Shown: positions 62,880 through 64,000 of the stretch, piece after piece
Position numbering within the stretch: position 1 is the stretch's first letter
Layout: each line of letters begins with the position of its first letter
NCBI RefSeq assembly: GCF_016432865.1
Contig: NC_067399.1
Span: forward strand, 114,328,001-114,392,000
Length of the DNA stretch: 64,000 nt
From: Antechinus flavipes
Lineage: Eukaryota
Direction of reading: 5' to 3'
The notes under the pieces: generated by a model
Databases searched by the model: none
Seen by the model: only the letters and a program-made list of their open reading frames with translations
What the model was told of the DNA's origin: nothing
Program-made: the position numbers and the translations under genes

Positions 62880-64000
62880 ACTTTTGGTCCCATGGGTTAA
62901 GAGGATCTGAGGAACAGTATCAGTTGCAATTCTAAGGGAGCAAAGGCCTTTCCTGTGTAAGGACCAGAGTACAGATTAGTGAGCACAGCTCTCCCCAGAA
63001 CACAAAACCTTGAAAGCAGTGGGAACTTCCCCTGAACTAACTCTGAAAACAGAAGTACAAAAAAGCCTGAAATTTGTGACACTCTCTTCCCCCCCCCCAC
63101 ACACACAAACATACACATATAAACATACAAAAAAAAACTGGAAACAGCCCAACATTGACACAAAGTTCAAAATCAAGTTTTAGAATTTTTTTTTTTTTTT
63201 TTTTTTTTTTAATGTGCAAACAACGAAAAAAGAACCTGACCATAAAAGTCTACTATGGTGACTGGAAAGAGAAGGCAGTGAAATTAAAATAGGTACAAGC
63301 AAAGATGCAAATTTTACAAAAGGGAAATTGGATATAAGCTGAACAAGAATTCCTGCAAGACCTGAAACTTTTTCAAAACCACCTAAGCATAGTTGGGGAA
63401 AATTAGGTAAAGAAATGAAAGCAAAAGAAGAAAATAATGAAAAGACAATTAACATTTTGGTAAAAGCGATGCCAAAAAAAAAATGAAAAACTTTAAAAAG
63501 AGAGAGAATTGTTAGCCTTTTGTTGTTGAAACTCTCCATGGGAAGATTGCAGTGGCACATAAAAAGCTGCTGTTGACAGGTTCTGATAGTGAGCCTTGCA
63601 GTTTTGTTTGCCTAAAAAAGAAAAGAAAAAAAAGAAAAACTTTAAAAGTAGAATTAGCCAATTGTAAAAAGAGGAACAAAATTACATCTTGATTAAAGGG
63701 ATTAAAGACATTAAACATTCAGTATTAATTTAAGAAGTGCAAATTAAGACAACTGAAGAACTATCTCACACCCATATTTTGGCTAAGATGATAGAAAAAG
63801 ATAATGAAGGGGATTTGGGAAAATTGGAACACTTAATACATTTAATACATTATTGATAGAATCCATTCTGGAGAGCATTTTGGAATAGTGCTCAAAGGGT
63901 TATAAAACTTGGCAGCCTTACCACTAGGTTTGTATCCCAAAAGGATCATAAAGGAGAGAAAGGGACCCAGATATGCAAAAATGTTTGTAGCAACTCTTTT
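62880..64000 (+). mobile_element. LINE-1 5' UTR and ORF1 start, joined to ORF2 C-terminus (large internal deletion)
   Basis: ORF1-like remnant (..LTI..YYGD..) from ~63230; ORF2 C-terminal MQIKTT..YL.P-like remnant from ~63735. Confidence 0.6.
63499..63633 (+). mobile_element. Unidentified 135-bp retro-insertion with A-tail
   Basis: TSD GAAAAACTTTAAAA at 63485-63498 and 63634-63647; A-rich tail 63614-63633. Confidence 0.65.

Noticed and set aside
47775-64000. AFTPH exon 3 (expected to begin TALLNRLERIF-like)
   Set aside because: No such sequence seen by eye or in the ORF track; it probably lies beyond the window.
1-64000. CRISPR arrays, operons, tRNA or rRNA genes
   Set aside because: Vertebrate intronic and intergenic DNA; no repeat-spacer arrays. 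tRNA-like boxes belong to SINE heads.

Overview
Eukaryotic, AT-rich, repeat-dense genomic DNA. The SINE/LINE content (WSINE1-like and MAR1-like CORE-SINEs, RTE-related elements, marsupial-type L1 3' UTRs) points to a marsupial, most likely an Australian dasyurid; this is inferred from repeats only. The window holds the 5' half of the aftiphilin gene (AFTPH) on the + strand. A CpG-island promoter and non-coding exon 1 end at the donor at 16724, followed by a ~29.1 kb intron 1. The large first coding exon spans 45836-47774 (ATG 45868), followed by at least 16 kb of intron 2; I could not find exon 3. As given, the coding exon has an apparent 1-nt deletion at ~47260-47262 that splits it into two ORFs. 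The rest is L1, L2, CR1/L3, RTE, SINEs, solo LTRs, MITEs and microsatellites; repeat boundaries are approximate unless TSDs are quoted. The most notable observations are: (1) the frameshift; (2) a spliced upstream ORF, extendable through a GGC poly-Gly tract, in frame with AFTPH and separated from it by one TAA; (3) a potentially translatable exon-2 circle; (4) a perfect antisense splice donor suggesting a divergent transcript; (5) several retro-insertion or repair scars (293-bp templated copy, candidate L1 3' transduction, unidentified 135-bp retrocopy). I found no support for a wholly new multi-gene system.
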